From Eledone cirrhosa (lineage: Eukaryota), in NCBI GenBank assembly GCA_964016885.1, contig OZ024742.1, positions 171,802,001 through 171,866,000 of the forward strand: a stretch of 64,000 bases of DNA. The letters run 5' to 3'. Shown here piece by piece: positions 43,238 through 56,672 of this stretch (position 1 is its first letter; each line of letters opens with the position of its first letter). The position numbers and the translations under genes were made by a program. Under the pieces are notes generated by a model, which was not told the origin of the DNA, did no database searches, and worked only from the letters and a program-made list of their open reading frames with translations.

Positions 43238-44800
43238 ACCACCACCATCACCACTTCCAGCACAACCACCACCACCATCACCACTTCCAGCACAACCACC
43301 ACCACCATCACCACTTCCAGCACAACCACTACCACCATCGCCACTTCCAGCACAACCACTACCACCATCACCACTTCCAGCACAACCACTACCACCATCA
43401 CCACCTCCAGCCCAACCACCACCACCATCACCACTTCCAGCACAACCACCACCACCATCACCACTTCCAGTACAACCACTACCGCCATCACCACTTCCAG
43501 CACAACCACCACCATCACCACTTCCAGCACAACCACTACCACCATCACCACTTCCAGCCCAACCACTACCACCATCACCACTTCCAGCACAACCACCACC
43601 ACCATCACCACTTCCAGCACAACCACTACCACCATCACCACTTCCAGCACAACCACTACCACCATCACCACTTCCAGCACAACCACTACCACCATCACCA
43701 CTTCCAGCCCAACCACTACCACCATCACCACTTCCAGCCCAACCACTACCACCATCACCACTTCCAGCACAACCACTACAACAATCGCCACTTCCAGCCC
43801 AACCACTACCACCATCACCACTTCCAGCACAACCACTACCACCATCACCACTTCCAGCACAACCACTACCACCATCACCACTTCCATCGCAACCACTACC
43901 ACCATCACCACTTCCGGCACAACCACTACCACCATCACCACTTCCAGCACAACCACTACCACCATCACCACTTCCAACACAACCACTACCACCATCACCA
44001 CTTCCAGCCAAACCACTACCACCATCACCACTTCCAGCACAACCACTACCACCATCACCACTTCCAGCTAAACCACTACCACCATCACCACTTCCAGCAC
44101 AACCACTACCACCATCACCACTTCCAGCACAACCACTACCACCATCACCACTTCCAGCACAACCACTACCACCATCACCACTTCCAGCACAACCACTACC
44201 ACCATCACCACTTCCAGCCAAACCACTACCACCATCACCACTTCCAGCACAACCACTACCACCATCACCACTTCCAGCACAACCACTACCACCATCACCA
44301 CTTCCAGCACAACCACTACCACCATCACCACTTCCAGCCAAACCACTACCACCATCACCACTTCCAGCACAACCACTACCACCATCACCACTTCCAGCAC
44401 AACCACTACCACCATCACCACTTCCAGCACAACCAGTACCACCATCACCACTTCCAGCACAACCAATACCATCTTCACCACTTCCAGCCCAACCACCACC
44501 ACCATCACCACTTCCAGCACAACCACTACCATCTTCACCACTTCCAGCACAACCAATACCACCATCACCACTTCCAGCACAACCACTACCATCTTCACCA
44601 CTTCCAGCACAACCAATACCACCATCACCACTTCCAGCACAACCACTACCACCATCACCACTTCCAGCACAACCAATACCATCTTCACCACTTCCAGCCC
44701 AACCACCACCACCATCACCACTTCCAGCACAACCACTACCATCTTCACCACTTCCAGCACAACCAATACCACCATCACCACTTCCAGCACAACCAATACC
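43238..44800. repeat. 30-bp minisatellite (cacttccagcacaaccactaccaccatcac), ~52 copies
   Basis: Highly homogeneous tandem array, open on both strands ([10 protein letters not shown] / [10 protein letters not shown]). Confidence 0.95.
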
Positions 44801-46237
44801 AACACCAGCAACATCACCTCTCCCACCCATGCCACCACCGCTACAACCACCACAGCTACCACCACCACTGCAATAACCATTGTCGCAACCACCACCACCA
44901 CTACTGCAGCTACCACCCCTACCGCTACCCTCCACTACCACCACCAACAACCTCACCGCCACCACCACTACGACAACCACAGCTACTACCACCACCACTG
45001 CAATCCCCATCATCGCAGTACCACCACAGCTAACACCACTACCGCTACCCTCCACTACCACCACCAACAACCTCACCGCCACCACCACTGGGACAACCAC
45101 AGCTACCACCACCAACACTGCAATCTCCACCATCGCAGCACCACCACAGCTAACACCACTACCGCTACCCTCCGGCTACCACCACCAACAACGTCACCGC
45201 CACCACCACTACGACAACCACAGCTACCACCACCACCACCACTGCAATCCCCACAATTACCATTACCACTACCATCCCCTAGTCTCCACCATCACCACCA
45301 TCAAGAGCAACAACACGACCAGCAACATCAACACCAACCTTACTATCTCTACTAACAATATTTCAACCACCATTACCACTAACAATACCACAATAACCAT
45401 CAACACTACTACCAATAGCTTCCCAATTATCATCATCTTTAAATGGTTGTGAAATTTCTCTTAAGTCACTCCATACTATTTTCATAAACGAAGGCCATTG
45501 TAAGTAACAATTACATATTCTTTTGGAACAAGGCCAGCAATTTCCCCAGTGCATTACTTTGCTTTATTTTATCAACCCCGTAAGGATGAAAGGCAAAGAT
45601 AATCTCGGCGGGATTCGAACGAACTCAGAACGTAAAGGTCCATAACACTATGCTAACGATACTACCAAAATATTGGATTCTCCGTTCAATTCGACGATGT
45701 CCATTCAATGGTTCGATCAACTGAACTTCCAGCTCATGAAAAATTTGTACCGAAAAATTTGTCTCCTTAAACGTTGTACACATTTATTTCATTTACTATC
45801 ATATGCATAGTAATTTTGATGAGAAAAGAACCAAGCTATCAGCTGTATTAAACGGGAACATTATAACCAATGGAAATCAAACACCTCCACACACACACAT
45901 CTCAATTTTGGCCCGCTCTACCTCTTCTCCAGGACGTAATGACTCTTTCGGGACCTGGAGTTTGAGAACCCAGTTCTGTATAAAAACCGAATATAGAACT
46001 AAGTATTAAAGACTGGATGTGCCTCGTAACCGCATATGTTCTCTATCGGGTTAGTGTTCCGCTAAATACTAACCCATATAATCATGTATGGTACGAATAA
46101 CCGATGGAACATGTTGGTGAACAAACAGCAATGTACTCCAAAGTATACTTTGCCTGGAAAAAAATAGTAAATGTCATTTTCAAGGCAGGAACGCAGGAAC
46201 ACTCTTGATTACATTTCTAATCGATCAAAGCTAATTG

Positions 46238-46316
<79 letters not shown>

Positions 46317-46349
46317 GTGTTATTACTACTACTGCTGCTGCTGTTGCTA

Positions 46350-46463
<114 letters not shown>

Positions 46464-46713
46464 AGCAACAAACGCTCCTAGTACCTTCACTAGAGATACT
46501 ACTACTAAAGATACAACCTCCAAAATTATCCACAACAATGATTTACTGCAACACCACCAATACTTCTACATCAATAACACCACTACTACTATATCACTAT
46601 CTCCACTACGAATGATATATTAAACTACACCGATGTCAGAAGCGCTTTAATACAAAGACAAATGTAAATGTTTTAGTAGAAAGTGAGCTAGCTACCTAAA
46701 TAGAGAGATAGAC

Positions 46714-46786
<73 letters not shown>

Positions 46787-47960
46787 CATAGATAGATAGA
46801 TAGATAGATAGATAAACGGAGGGAGTGAGAGGGGGAATGGAGACGAGAAAGCGCGATGTTACGAGAGATATGAGAAATAGAGGAGCGATTGTCAGAAAGA
46901 TACAGAGAGAGGGGGAAGCAATAGAGAGGTAAAGAATTAGTAAGAGTCGAGGTGAAAGAGAGCGCTAGGCATGTAGTGACGTATTGTGAGAGATAAAGAG
47001 ATAGATAGTTAAACATATAGTAAGAGTGAGAGGGAGCGACATGTATATTAATAATGGATATTGAAAAAGAATGGATAATAAAGAGAAAATGTGTGTGTCT
47101 GTGTGTTTGTGTCTTTGTGAAGTGTATGTTTGTATGTGTGGACGGTGTGTGGGTTAGTGAGTGTGTGAGTGAGTGATAAGCGCATGTTTGTATGCCTGTG
47201 GTTTGAAAGAGTTGATGTGTGAGAATGAACGAGAAGTGAATACGAATGTAAGAGAATGGTACAATTGTTTGGAGAACAAAAGGTAAAAAAGTCAAGGATG
47301 GTTGTCCTCTAGTGGAGAATCATAGAAGATGTATGTTTTTATGTTTTTTGAATGAGCTTTGATTGTAAAGAGAGTTGTACGCCATTCATTTCTACAAAAC
47401 TACTATTAACCCATTGATACCAAATTCTTCTTGGTATAATTATTCCAAAAATTTCATCTTAAAGTTTATATATTTATCTAAAATCTTCCACCAAAATATG
47501 GGAAAAGTTAATTATAATCCTTACACTGTCAAAAATCCTGGATATATATTTGTAAGGACTTAGTAATCATTGACAGCGCCGTTCAATACACATATAGTGA
47601 AGCATTAATCTAAGGAGCACTGATGAGGTTTCAAGGCAGGCAGGCAATCTGACAGGCATGCAGAAAGGGATTTTAAATACATCTAATTATAATAATTGAT
47701 ATAGCTATTGTGGCCTCCAGCTCATAGTTATTATGATTACTGCTATTGTTGTAACAGAAAACAGAGTGGCGGATACTGAAGAGTATTTGATTAAAAGCCT
47801 GAAAAATAGGCTCTCACCACTTGTGTTCGTGTATGCATAAGGTATATATATATATATATGCACATACATATATACACACATTTGTACTCACACATATGTA
47901 TATATATATATATGTATATATATATGTATACATACACACATACATATATACACACGCACT

Positions 47961-48015
<55 letters not shown>

Positions 48016-48721
48016 AAAAGAGTATTGAAGTTTGCTTGAAGCATTGTGGAACAATAAGTAAATATCTTTAAGTCGTTTGAAGCCTCGACAATGCAAATGG
48101 GTAAATATCCGGGTAACCAGGGCCGGTGGTGGAGAGAGAGATGTAAGTGGGTGTACGTTGAGATGTGTGGTGTGTATAAGATGTGTGAGATGTGTAGAAT
48201 GAAGGGAAGAGTATAAAGGATAAAATAAAAATAACAACACAAGAGAGTGTTACCTTGGGAGAGATTTAATAGTCCCTATATATTTCGGATTCACATCCAT
48301 CAACTGGGGTTTTTTTCCGGGGTGGGGGAAAAGGTTGTCTGTCGGACAAGTCCGGAACGCGTCCTTCATATATATATATACACACAAATGCAATGCATCT
48401 CCATATCAATCTCTTACTTTCTGTCGCTGTCTCCCTCTCATTCCATGTATATATATATATATTTATTGAGAATAACTTTTCCTTCAAACATGTATTGAAG
48501 ACATGGCTCTGTTCGATTTGGAACAGTAGATATACTCAGTCCATTAACGTTGCAAAATCTTCTCAACATAATCTCCTCAATGGACATTCAAACGTGGCGT
48601 GTTGTTGTCGTATTCTCCTGTATTTCTCTCTCTCTCTCTCTCGTTCTCTCTCATATACATATATGTATATATATATACATACATATCTACACGCACACAC
48701 ACACACACACATACACACACG

Positions 48722-48808
<87 letters not shown>

Positions 48809-48821
48809 CTACACGCACACG

Positions 48822-48854
<33 letters not shown>

Positions 48855-49140
48855 TCATTTCTTTCATTACTGGTTTCAGACAAACTTCATGCGCTCTTGG
48901 ACACGGCCATAAAGAGATTTAGTCAATTATATCGCTACCAGTACTTAACTTTTTCTAGTCTGTCTTTTATTACATCAATCTTTTGTGTCAAACCTTTAAG
49001 TCACGGAATACACAAAAACCCAGACATTTAAACAAAAACACACATTGTAATTCCATATAAGATTTTAATGCGTGTAGTTTATTCGAAGCTTCTGTCATGG
49101 CACAGTATACACAGAGTTGGCCTTAAAGGACAGTGTGTCA

Positions 49141-49328
49141 TAATTGTTTCTACTTTTGGCACAAGGCCAGGAATTATCGCAGTGTGTTACTGGTACTTTA
49201 TTTCATCGACCCCGTAAGGATGAAAGACTGAGTTAACCTCGGCAGGATTTGAACTCAGACCATAAAGGGCCGTAACTCTTTGCTGCAAAGCATAGTGTCC
49301 GACTCTCTATCGATACTGCCAATCCACC
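49141..49328 (-). mobile_element. SINE
   Basis: Match to the dominant SINE. Confidence 0.85.
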
Positions 49329-50341
49329 AGGTTCGAATTATACAGAGGAATGCAATTGTTTTTTATTGTTAGTTATTACAACAGAGAACCGGGCAAAGAC
49401 AGTATTTGATCTTTGTGTCACACTTTAACCCCATGAGAATCTCCCTGCTTCATGCATATGACCAAAGACATTCCGAGTCGTGGCATGGACACCTCCTTAA
49501 AATTTAAGTCTTGTTTGGTAATTCAGAAAGTAATATATTCCGGCCTTAGTTCAGAGGGTGATTGAGCAGTGATATATAAGGCAGTGAATTGGTAGAAGCA
49601 TTAGTCCCTCAGATGAAATACTTCAGTACATGTTCCAGCACACTGTCCACTGAGTTAAAATCCCACCGAGGTCAATTTTACATTTCAGCCAGTCGCGGTT
49701 GATAAATTAAGTTTCAGCACAGTTAGCAGTGGGTTAGCGAAATTATTAAAGTGACTGACTAGAGGCTTTTCAGTATCTGATCCGGCAATTTGCGTTCGTT
49801 GTTCCAATTCCGATCCATTCTATCAGGAGTTCCGAATATCTGATTGGATTAACAATTGAAACACCAATGGAAACACATATACCTCGTTCAGATATGGAAA
49901 ATTGGTTTCTTTACTTTTATTTAAGCATAACGTAAGACACTGTATAATAAATGACATGTGATTTTCGATATCAGTATATTCACATACGATGGTTTACAAA
50001 TAAAATACTTAATATATAATTTTTGAGCATGTGTATATGTCTATATATGTGTGCGCGTGATTGTATGTGTGCGGGCCATGGATGTATCTATGTCATAGAA
50101 TTTCTAAATCTAGTTTAGAATTATGTGGGTAAAAGGCAATACAATTTATAAAAGAGTTAGTCCACCTCGTGGTTCTGATGGATAGGATGGAAAAGACCTT
50201 GTCCCGGAGTATGGCAATAGAGACGCGCTGTAACAACCACACCACTTCTCAGGAATCGCTGTTGCAGGTTGGCAACTCAGCTCTGTAATACACATAGGCA
50301 CACAGGCTCTCACTCTCTCTCACACACGCATTATAAATAGA

Positions 50342-50557
50342 CGGTGTATTGGCAGTATCGGTAGAGGGTCAGACACCATGTTTTTCAGCATAGAGTAACG
50401 ATCCTTTACGGTCTGAGTTCAAATCCCGCCGAGGTTAACTTTGCCTTTCATCCTTACGGGGTCGATAAAATAAAGCACCTGTAACGTACTGGGGTCGATT
50501 CAATCGACTTTCCCATCCCTCCAAATTACGGACCTTGTGCCTATAGTAGAAATCATT
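50342..50557 (+). mobile_element. SINE (longer-tail variant)
   Basis: Match to the dominant SINE with a ggggtcgattcaatcgact insert. Confidence 0.85.
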
Positions 50558-51529
50558 ATAAATAGGCTATGATATAATTTTATAATGGTAGGAAAATATT
50601 TCCTTTGCTTTTCCTTTACAAATACATTCATTTTAACTGAAACAAAAAAAAAAAAAATAAATAAATTGTATAAGGAGATATGAATGAAAAAGAGAAGAAT
50701 ATGAAGTTTATGACAGAAAAAAATGCACCCCATCCAGTTGGAAAGTATAGAAAAACTAACAATGTAAATAAAACGTAGGATGACAAAACAATGATATCAA
50801 GATGTCAGTGTGATTTATACTTGTCAAATTAAGCTGGAGTGAATTGAAATCTCAGAAAATAATATTATGAATGCGATGAATAAAACATTTTTAAAAGGAA
50901 TAACTATGAGTTGAAATACGAATTACAATGAAAAGAAAACTGCAATGAGCCAGAGAGAGAGAGAGAGAGAGAGAGAGAAAGTCGGTAAAATTCACATAGA
51001 CCGAGAAAGAAGGAGTGAGAGAGGAGGATAAGGTGGGGAGTAGAAAGAGGAGAAAGAGGAGAATGAAGAGATATTATATGTATGCAAATCTCGTTGTTTC
51101 TTTATGCTTATATATATACATATATATATATGTGTGTGTGTGTATGTGTGTGTGTGTTTGGAGTAGGTTGTGTGTTTGCAATTATACAGCGAGACAGGCA
51201 GTGGGGGAGAGAACGAGTGCGAAATTGAGCGGGGAGAATTTACATATTACCGGAATGTGCAGCGTATTTTAATTAGAGGAATAAAATGGACTGAGCTATG
51301 GAAGCGAAACAATATCACAGCATTTAAAACATCAAAGGGAAATTGTATTAAATCTTGTCTATTTGTGCAAAGTAAGCAAATTGATATTTAAATATAAAAC
51401 ATATACATACGTTTAGATATATACATACATACATACATACATACATACATACATGTATATATATTCCATGATATACGAACTACACTGAATATTTATATAT
51501 ATCAAATATATGAAGAGAAAGTTACTATA

Positions 51530-52077
51530 ATAATTGTTTCTACTTTAGGCACAAGGCCAGCAATCACCCAGTTCATTACAGGTACTTTATTTTATCGACC
51601 CCGTAAGGATGAAAGGCAAACTTAACCTCGGCGGGATTTGAACTCAGATCGTTACTATAATAATGGTTTCTTATATAGGCACAAGTCCAGTAATTTTGGG
51701 GGTAGGCGAAAATCGACCCCAGTGCGTGACTGGTACTTTATTTTATCGACCCCATAAGGATGAAAGGCAAAGTTAACCTCGGCGGGATTTGAACTCAGAT
51801 CATAAAGGGCCGTAACTCTATGCTGCAAAGCATGGCGTCCGACCCTCTACCGACACCGCGAATCCGCCGCCCTCAACGTTACTATAATAATTGTTTCTAC
51901 ATTTGGCACAAGGCCAGCAATTATCCTAATGTATTACTGGTACTTTATTTTATCGACCCCGAAAGGATGAAAGGCAAAATTAACCTCGGCGAGATTTGAA
52001 CTCAGATCATAAAGAGTCGCAACTCTATGCTGCAAAGCATGGCGTCCAACCCTCTACCGATACTGCCAATCCACCGC
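51530..52077 (-). mobile_element. Three adjacent SINE copies
   Basis: Each is preceded by gttactataataat; cores match. Confidence 0.85.
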
Positions 52078-52479
52078 GAGAGCAGTAAAGTTGCATAATT
52101 CACTTGATGTCTCCGTACAATTAGAATATATTCAAGTTTATTAACGAAGATTCATTTTCAAAACTTGAGTTAGCTAACTACAACCTACTTATCAACAATG
52201 TCAGCAATTTTTTTTATTATTTTACTGGCCTCAAGTGGTCTCTCAAGAGTTACCTCCCTAGTATTTTAATAACCGCTTTTTGCTATAGTTTTTATTTAAT
52301 TACCTGCCCCTACGTAAACTCTTTTGTTATATCTCCATAGGGAAAGCACAATCAACCAAAGGAGGCCATCGTTTTTATTTGTCTCATGACAGGCTGAATG
52401 AATTGGGGCCTAGAACCCAACGAAACTTGAGTGCCTGTTTATGTCAGTGTTGTAATTATATATATACATACATACATAA

Positions 52480-52536
<57 letters not shown>

Positions 52537-53076
52537 AGTGTGTGCGTGTGTGTGGGGGTGGGGGGGGGGGTGCGCGTGCGTGTGTGTATATGTATTTATG
52601 TATAGTTTCTGCCAAACAAATTTCTTTCACAAGGTTTTGGTCAATCTAAATCTATAACAGATAACATTTAAAAGCTGCCCTACAGTGGGACTGAACACAA
52701 AGCAACGTGGTTACGAAAAGAAATCCTTAACTATCAATCTATCCCTGTGCTGCCATCAACAACAATTCTTAAAGGTTATAAACTCTATTTTATTTTTGAA
52801 GAACATAGCCGAGATCGTCAGTACTTCCTGACTATTTTATGTATATGTGGCCATGTACATTGTCTGTTAAGTATGTAATATATTTTAGAGGGAGTTTTTT
52901 CCTAATAATTGAGTGAAAAATTGGAGTTATTCAACTCACAATATTACAAATTTGACACTAATGCTTGTGTATATAGTATACAGACCGCCATTCTACGCTA
53001 TATTTCTCCCAGTTCTTATGTGAAATATGTCTATATGTATGTGTTAATGTATATATAAATTTATATATATATATAT

Positions 53077-53282
53077 AGTAACAAGTAAGACCCCGACGGC
53101 TGAGCTCAAGCCGTTTCGACAGCTAATTCTGGACAGCCAATTGTGAGTCCAGAATTAGCCGTCGAAACGGCTTCAGCTCAGCCGTCGGGGTCTTACTTGT
53201 TCCTATTACCCACTTTACTACCCTAAGTATTGAGTACTTTGGTGCGTTATGGTCCACCTGGTTCCTGACCACAATTCCTTCG

Positions 53283-53284
<2 letters not shown>
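53077..53284. mobile_element. Fold-back PLE pLTR remnant, same family as 9047-9209
   Basis: Hairpin 53077-53205 whose arms include the stem II 3' strand + GAAA-CGGC..GCCG-TC-GGGGTC; the extension matches 9131-9209. Confidence 0.85.
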
Positions 53285-53328
<44 letters not shown>

Positions 53329-53426
53329 TACCTAGAGTTGCGAACGATAGATAGTATTAGCAATTGGAAAGACCAGCGGAAACATTGTTTCCTCAGTCCG
53401 ATTTGAAGAAAGTCGATCGACTGTTG

Positions 53427-53499
<73 letters not shown>

Positions 53500-53510
53500 C
53501 ATATATATAT

Positions 53511-54120
53511 ATTAGAATTGGTGCTCTGAAATAGCGATGTATATATGAATGTATATATAGTATATTTTGCAATGCACTGTATGCTTAATTAAAAAACATT
53601 TTGAAGACCATACGCTATTGTTTAAAAGTATTGACTATGTCACTTACTTCTTTTTTCAACAAACAAGGGGAGATAAGCTGACATATCTCTGTTTCATACT
53701 GTTGGTATTCGTCAGAGCCTAGCAAACCCCTTGTTTGTTGAAAATTAGAAATGTTGGATTCTTATAGAATTCCAGTTGCCGGTCCAACAAAAATTGAAAA
53801 TTCATATATACATCGCTATTGCAGAGCACCAATTCTAATTTTCAATTTTTGCTGGACCGGCAACCGCTCTGTATAATAAGTTCCTAATTATTACTGGAAT
53901 TCTATAAATCAAACATTTCTAATTTTCAACAGACAAGAGGAGTGCCAGTCCCTGACGAATACCAACAGTATGAAACACCTGTCAGCTTATCTCCCTTTGT
54001 TTGTTGAAAAAAGAAGTAAGTGACATAGTCACTACTTTAAAACAATAGCGCAAGGTCTTGAAAATGTTTTTAATTAAGCATACCATGCATTGCAAAATAT
54101 ACTATATATACATTCATATA
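53511..54120. mobile_element. Nested inverted-repeat PLE pLTR structure with HHRs
   Basis: Outer arms 53533-53775 / 53894-54120; inner IR 53776-53800 / 53839-53864 enclosing an inverted copy of 53511-53548. Confidence 0.85.
53674..53721 (-). ncRNA. Type I hammerhead ribozyme (degenerate mirror at 53946-53989 +)
   Basis: TAGGCT-CTGACGA-ATACcaacaGTAT-GAAA-CAgagataTG-TC-AGCTTA: all three stems and a GUC triplet. Confidence 0.85.
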
Positions 54121-55123
54121 TATATATCATCATCATCGTCGTTTAACGTCCATCTTCCACTCTAGCATGTGTTAGAGGATTTTGTCCCACTTGAGGCGAA
54201 ATTGGGAGACCGTGTCTCGCTCGTGCAGAACTGTATGTATGTCTGTATGCATGTATGTTTGTATGCATGCGTATGATTTCGAGTGTATATATGTGTGTAT
54301 ATATATATATATATGGACTTGTATGTATGTGTTCGTGTATGAGGGCATGCATGTGACAAGTATGCATGCGTATGTGTGCAAGTATGTGTTTGTTTGTACG
54401 TATATCAAAAAGAAGTAAAACTGACATATTAAAGGGATCACTCGTATTCCTTAGTCCTCGGAGACGATCCCACATAATGGCATCTTAGGCAGGTGACATT
54501 TCACATAACCAAGGTTCGATCCATGTCTTTTGAGCGAAAATCTGTAGACGGAAACTTTAATCCAAATAAATAGACTTGTCACAGAATGTGTCCAGCTGAA
54601 TTTCTTCTTGAATAATGTCGAGGGTACACGTGTCTGTGTAATACTCAGCCACTAACACAATTATTTCATAAGTAGGATATTCCGTTGATCAAACCACTGG
54701 AACAAGCATCGTTGGAGCCGACGAAAGTTCCTCATTTAGTGTCACTTTTGCGTAACCGACTTTACTGTATCTGTCATATTCTTTAAATTATATTATATCA
54801 AAAGAAATGCATGGAAAAAACCTCTATGTTCCGCTGTAGGTAATTCTGAAAATGTATGATATTGCTTGTCCCGATATAAACATTAGTTGTTTAAGAGAAA
54901 GAGCATTTTTTAAACGGGTCTTATAAAGGCTAATAAAGGTGGTTGACTGTGGAATACACAGCCACTAGTGCAGTACTTTCGTGAGCAGGATTTTAGTCTG
55001 TCAAACAAATACAATATTCATCGTCGAAATAGATGAAGTTACATTCCAAGGATATGTATATGTGGGGACATGGAAATATTCGGTTTTGTGCTCGAGCAAA
55101 CTGTTAGCATACTCGTAACTCAC

Positions 55124-55403
55124 TTGTATCATTTTAGGAAAGGGAAATTCTGATGTAAAAGCTGCGACTAAATGACAGACAAAGATGATAACCAGTTCTT
55201 CATTTGGGATAGATGTTACTATTGTTCTCAGGTTGGCATTGGTCCAAAGCAAGGACTTGCTTCGCTTAATAAAGATTAAAGTACAGGCATTGCTTGATTT
55301 AAATATCCCACACGTTGCATAAGCATTGCAGACCATAACCACAAAAGGCTTTTTTATCTTACGTTGCAGCATATGCCAAGAGAAATATAATTTCTTGACA
55401 CGA
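55124..55403 (-). CDS. Exon of unidentified minus-strand host gene
   Basis: aatttctctttag|T CGT...ATA CAA|gtgagt; 280 nt open, phase 2->0: RVKKLYFSWHMLQRKIKKPFVVMVC...AFTSEFPFPKMIQ. Confidence 0.65.
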
Positions 55404-55876
55404 CTAAAGAGAAATTGATCAAGTGATTGCAATTCGAAATTGAGATGCAGCCATCATTTATGTATGTATATAAGAGGGTATGTTTGTATGTGTGTGTATA
55501 TATGTGTGCGTGTGTATGTGCGCGTGTGTGTGCATGTGTGTGTGTCTATGTGTATGTGCGTGTATATGTGTGTGTGTGTGTGCATGTGTGTGTGTGTGTG
55601 TCTGTGTATGTGCGTGTGTATGTCCGTGCGTGTGCGTGTGCATGTCCGAGTGTGAGCGTGTGTGTACATGTGTGTGTGTGTGTGTGTACATGCGTGTGTC
55701 CATGTGCGTGCATGTGTATGTGCGTGTGTGTGCATGTGTGGGTGTGTCTATGTGTATGTGCGTGTGTATGTGTGCGTGTGTGTGTGTGCATGTGTGTGTG
55801 CGTGTGTATGTGTGTGTTTGTGTGCATATGTGTCTATGCACGTGAGTTTGTTTTGTGCATGTGTGTATCTATGTGC

Positions 55877-55912
<36 letters not shown>

Positions 55913-56248
55913 ATGTACGTGAGCATGTGTGTGTGTGTGCATGTATGTGCGCATGTGTGTGTGCATGTGTGTACATAAAGTGAAACAGCTAAATCTTCTG
56001 ATTCCACTTCACGTTATTCTTGACACTGTACAAATATTCACCTAACCTTTATATTTATTTATTTATTCTCATTTATTCTCATTTATCTCATTTCCGCAAA
56101 CGTGACTTGCACACTCTTCACTAACATATTAATTTGGTTTTTCTCACCGATTTATTTTCTTACGGCCAATGTTATTATTATTATTAATAGTATTGTTGTA
56201 AAATGAATTAAAATAAATAAAAGCCCTAGATATGTTAGCAGAACTCAC

Positions 56249-56286
56249 TTGTCTTGAGTTGTATATAAGGTCACATTTGAAGAATC
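56249..56286 (-). CDS. 38-nt exon of the same host gene
   Basis: cttttctgaaatag|GAT TCT...GAC AA|gtgagt; phase 0->2 links its neighbours in frame (DSSNVTLYTTQD). Confidence 0.55.
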
Positions 56287-56635
56287 CTATTTCAGAAAAG
56301 TTATGTCAGGTTTCAGACTATTGGAGGTGGACGCACATCTATATCTAGGGTCAATAAAATATAGTACCATTTAAATATTGGTGCCGATGTAAGCAACATG
56401 TACCAACCACACAATTACCATTCCTGTGCCTACATTAGAAATATGCACACACGCACACACACACACACGCACACGCACACACATACACACGCGCCTGCAC
56501 ACACACGCACACACACACACATAATTAAACGTATATATATACATATTTGCATATACACAAATATTAATATATATATATATATATATATATGCATATCTAT
56601 ATATATAAACATATACATACATATATACATGCATG

Positions 56636-56668
<33 letters not shown>

Positions 56669-56672
<4 letters not shown>

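Noticed and set aside
43238-44800. CRISPR-like regular repeat
   Set aside because: There are no unique spacers, the context is eukaryotic, and it is a simple minisatellite.
47620-47660. CTGATGA hammerhead-like core
   Set aside because: No GAAA or stems I/III follow.
53327-53427. Possible minus-strand HHR (CTGAGGA...GCAA) between TA runs
   Set aside because: GAAA is mutated and the stem I partner is absent; probably a PLE remnant but not supportable. The same applies to 3208-3280.
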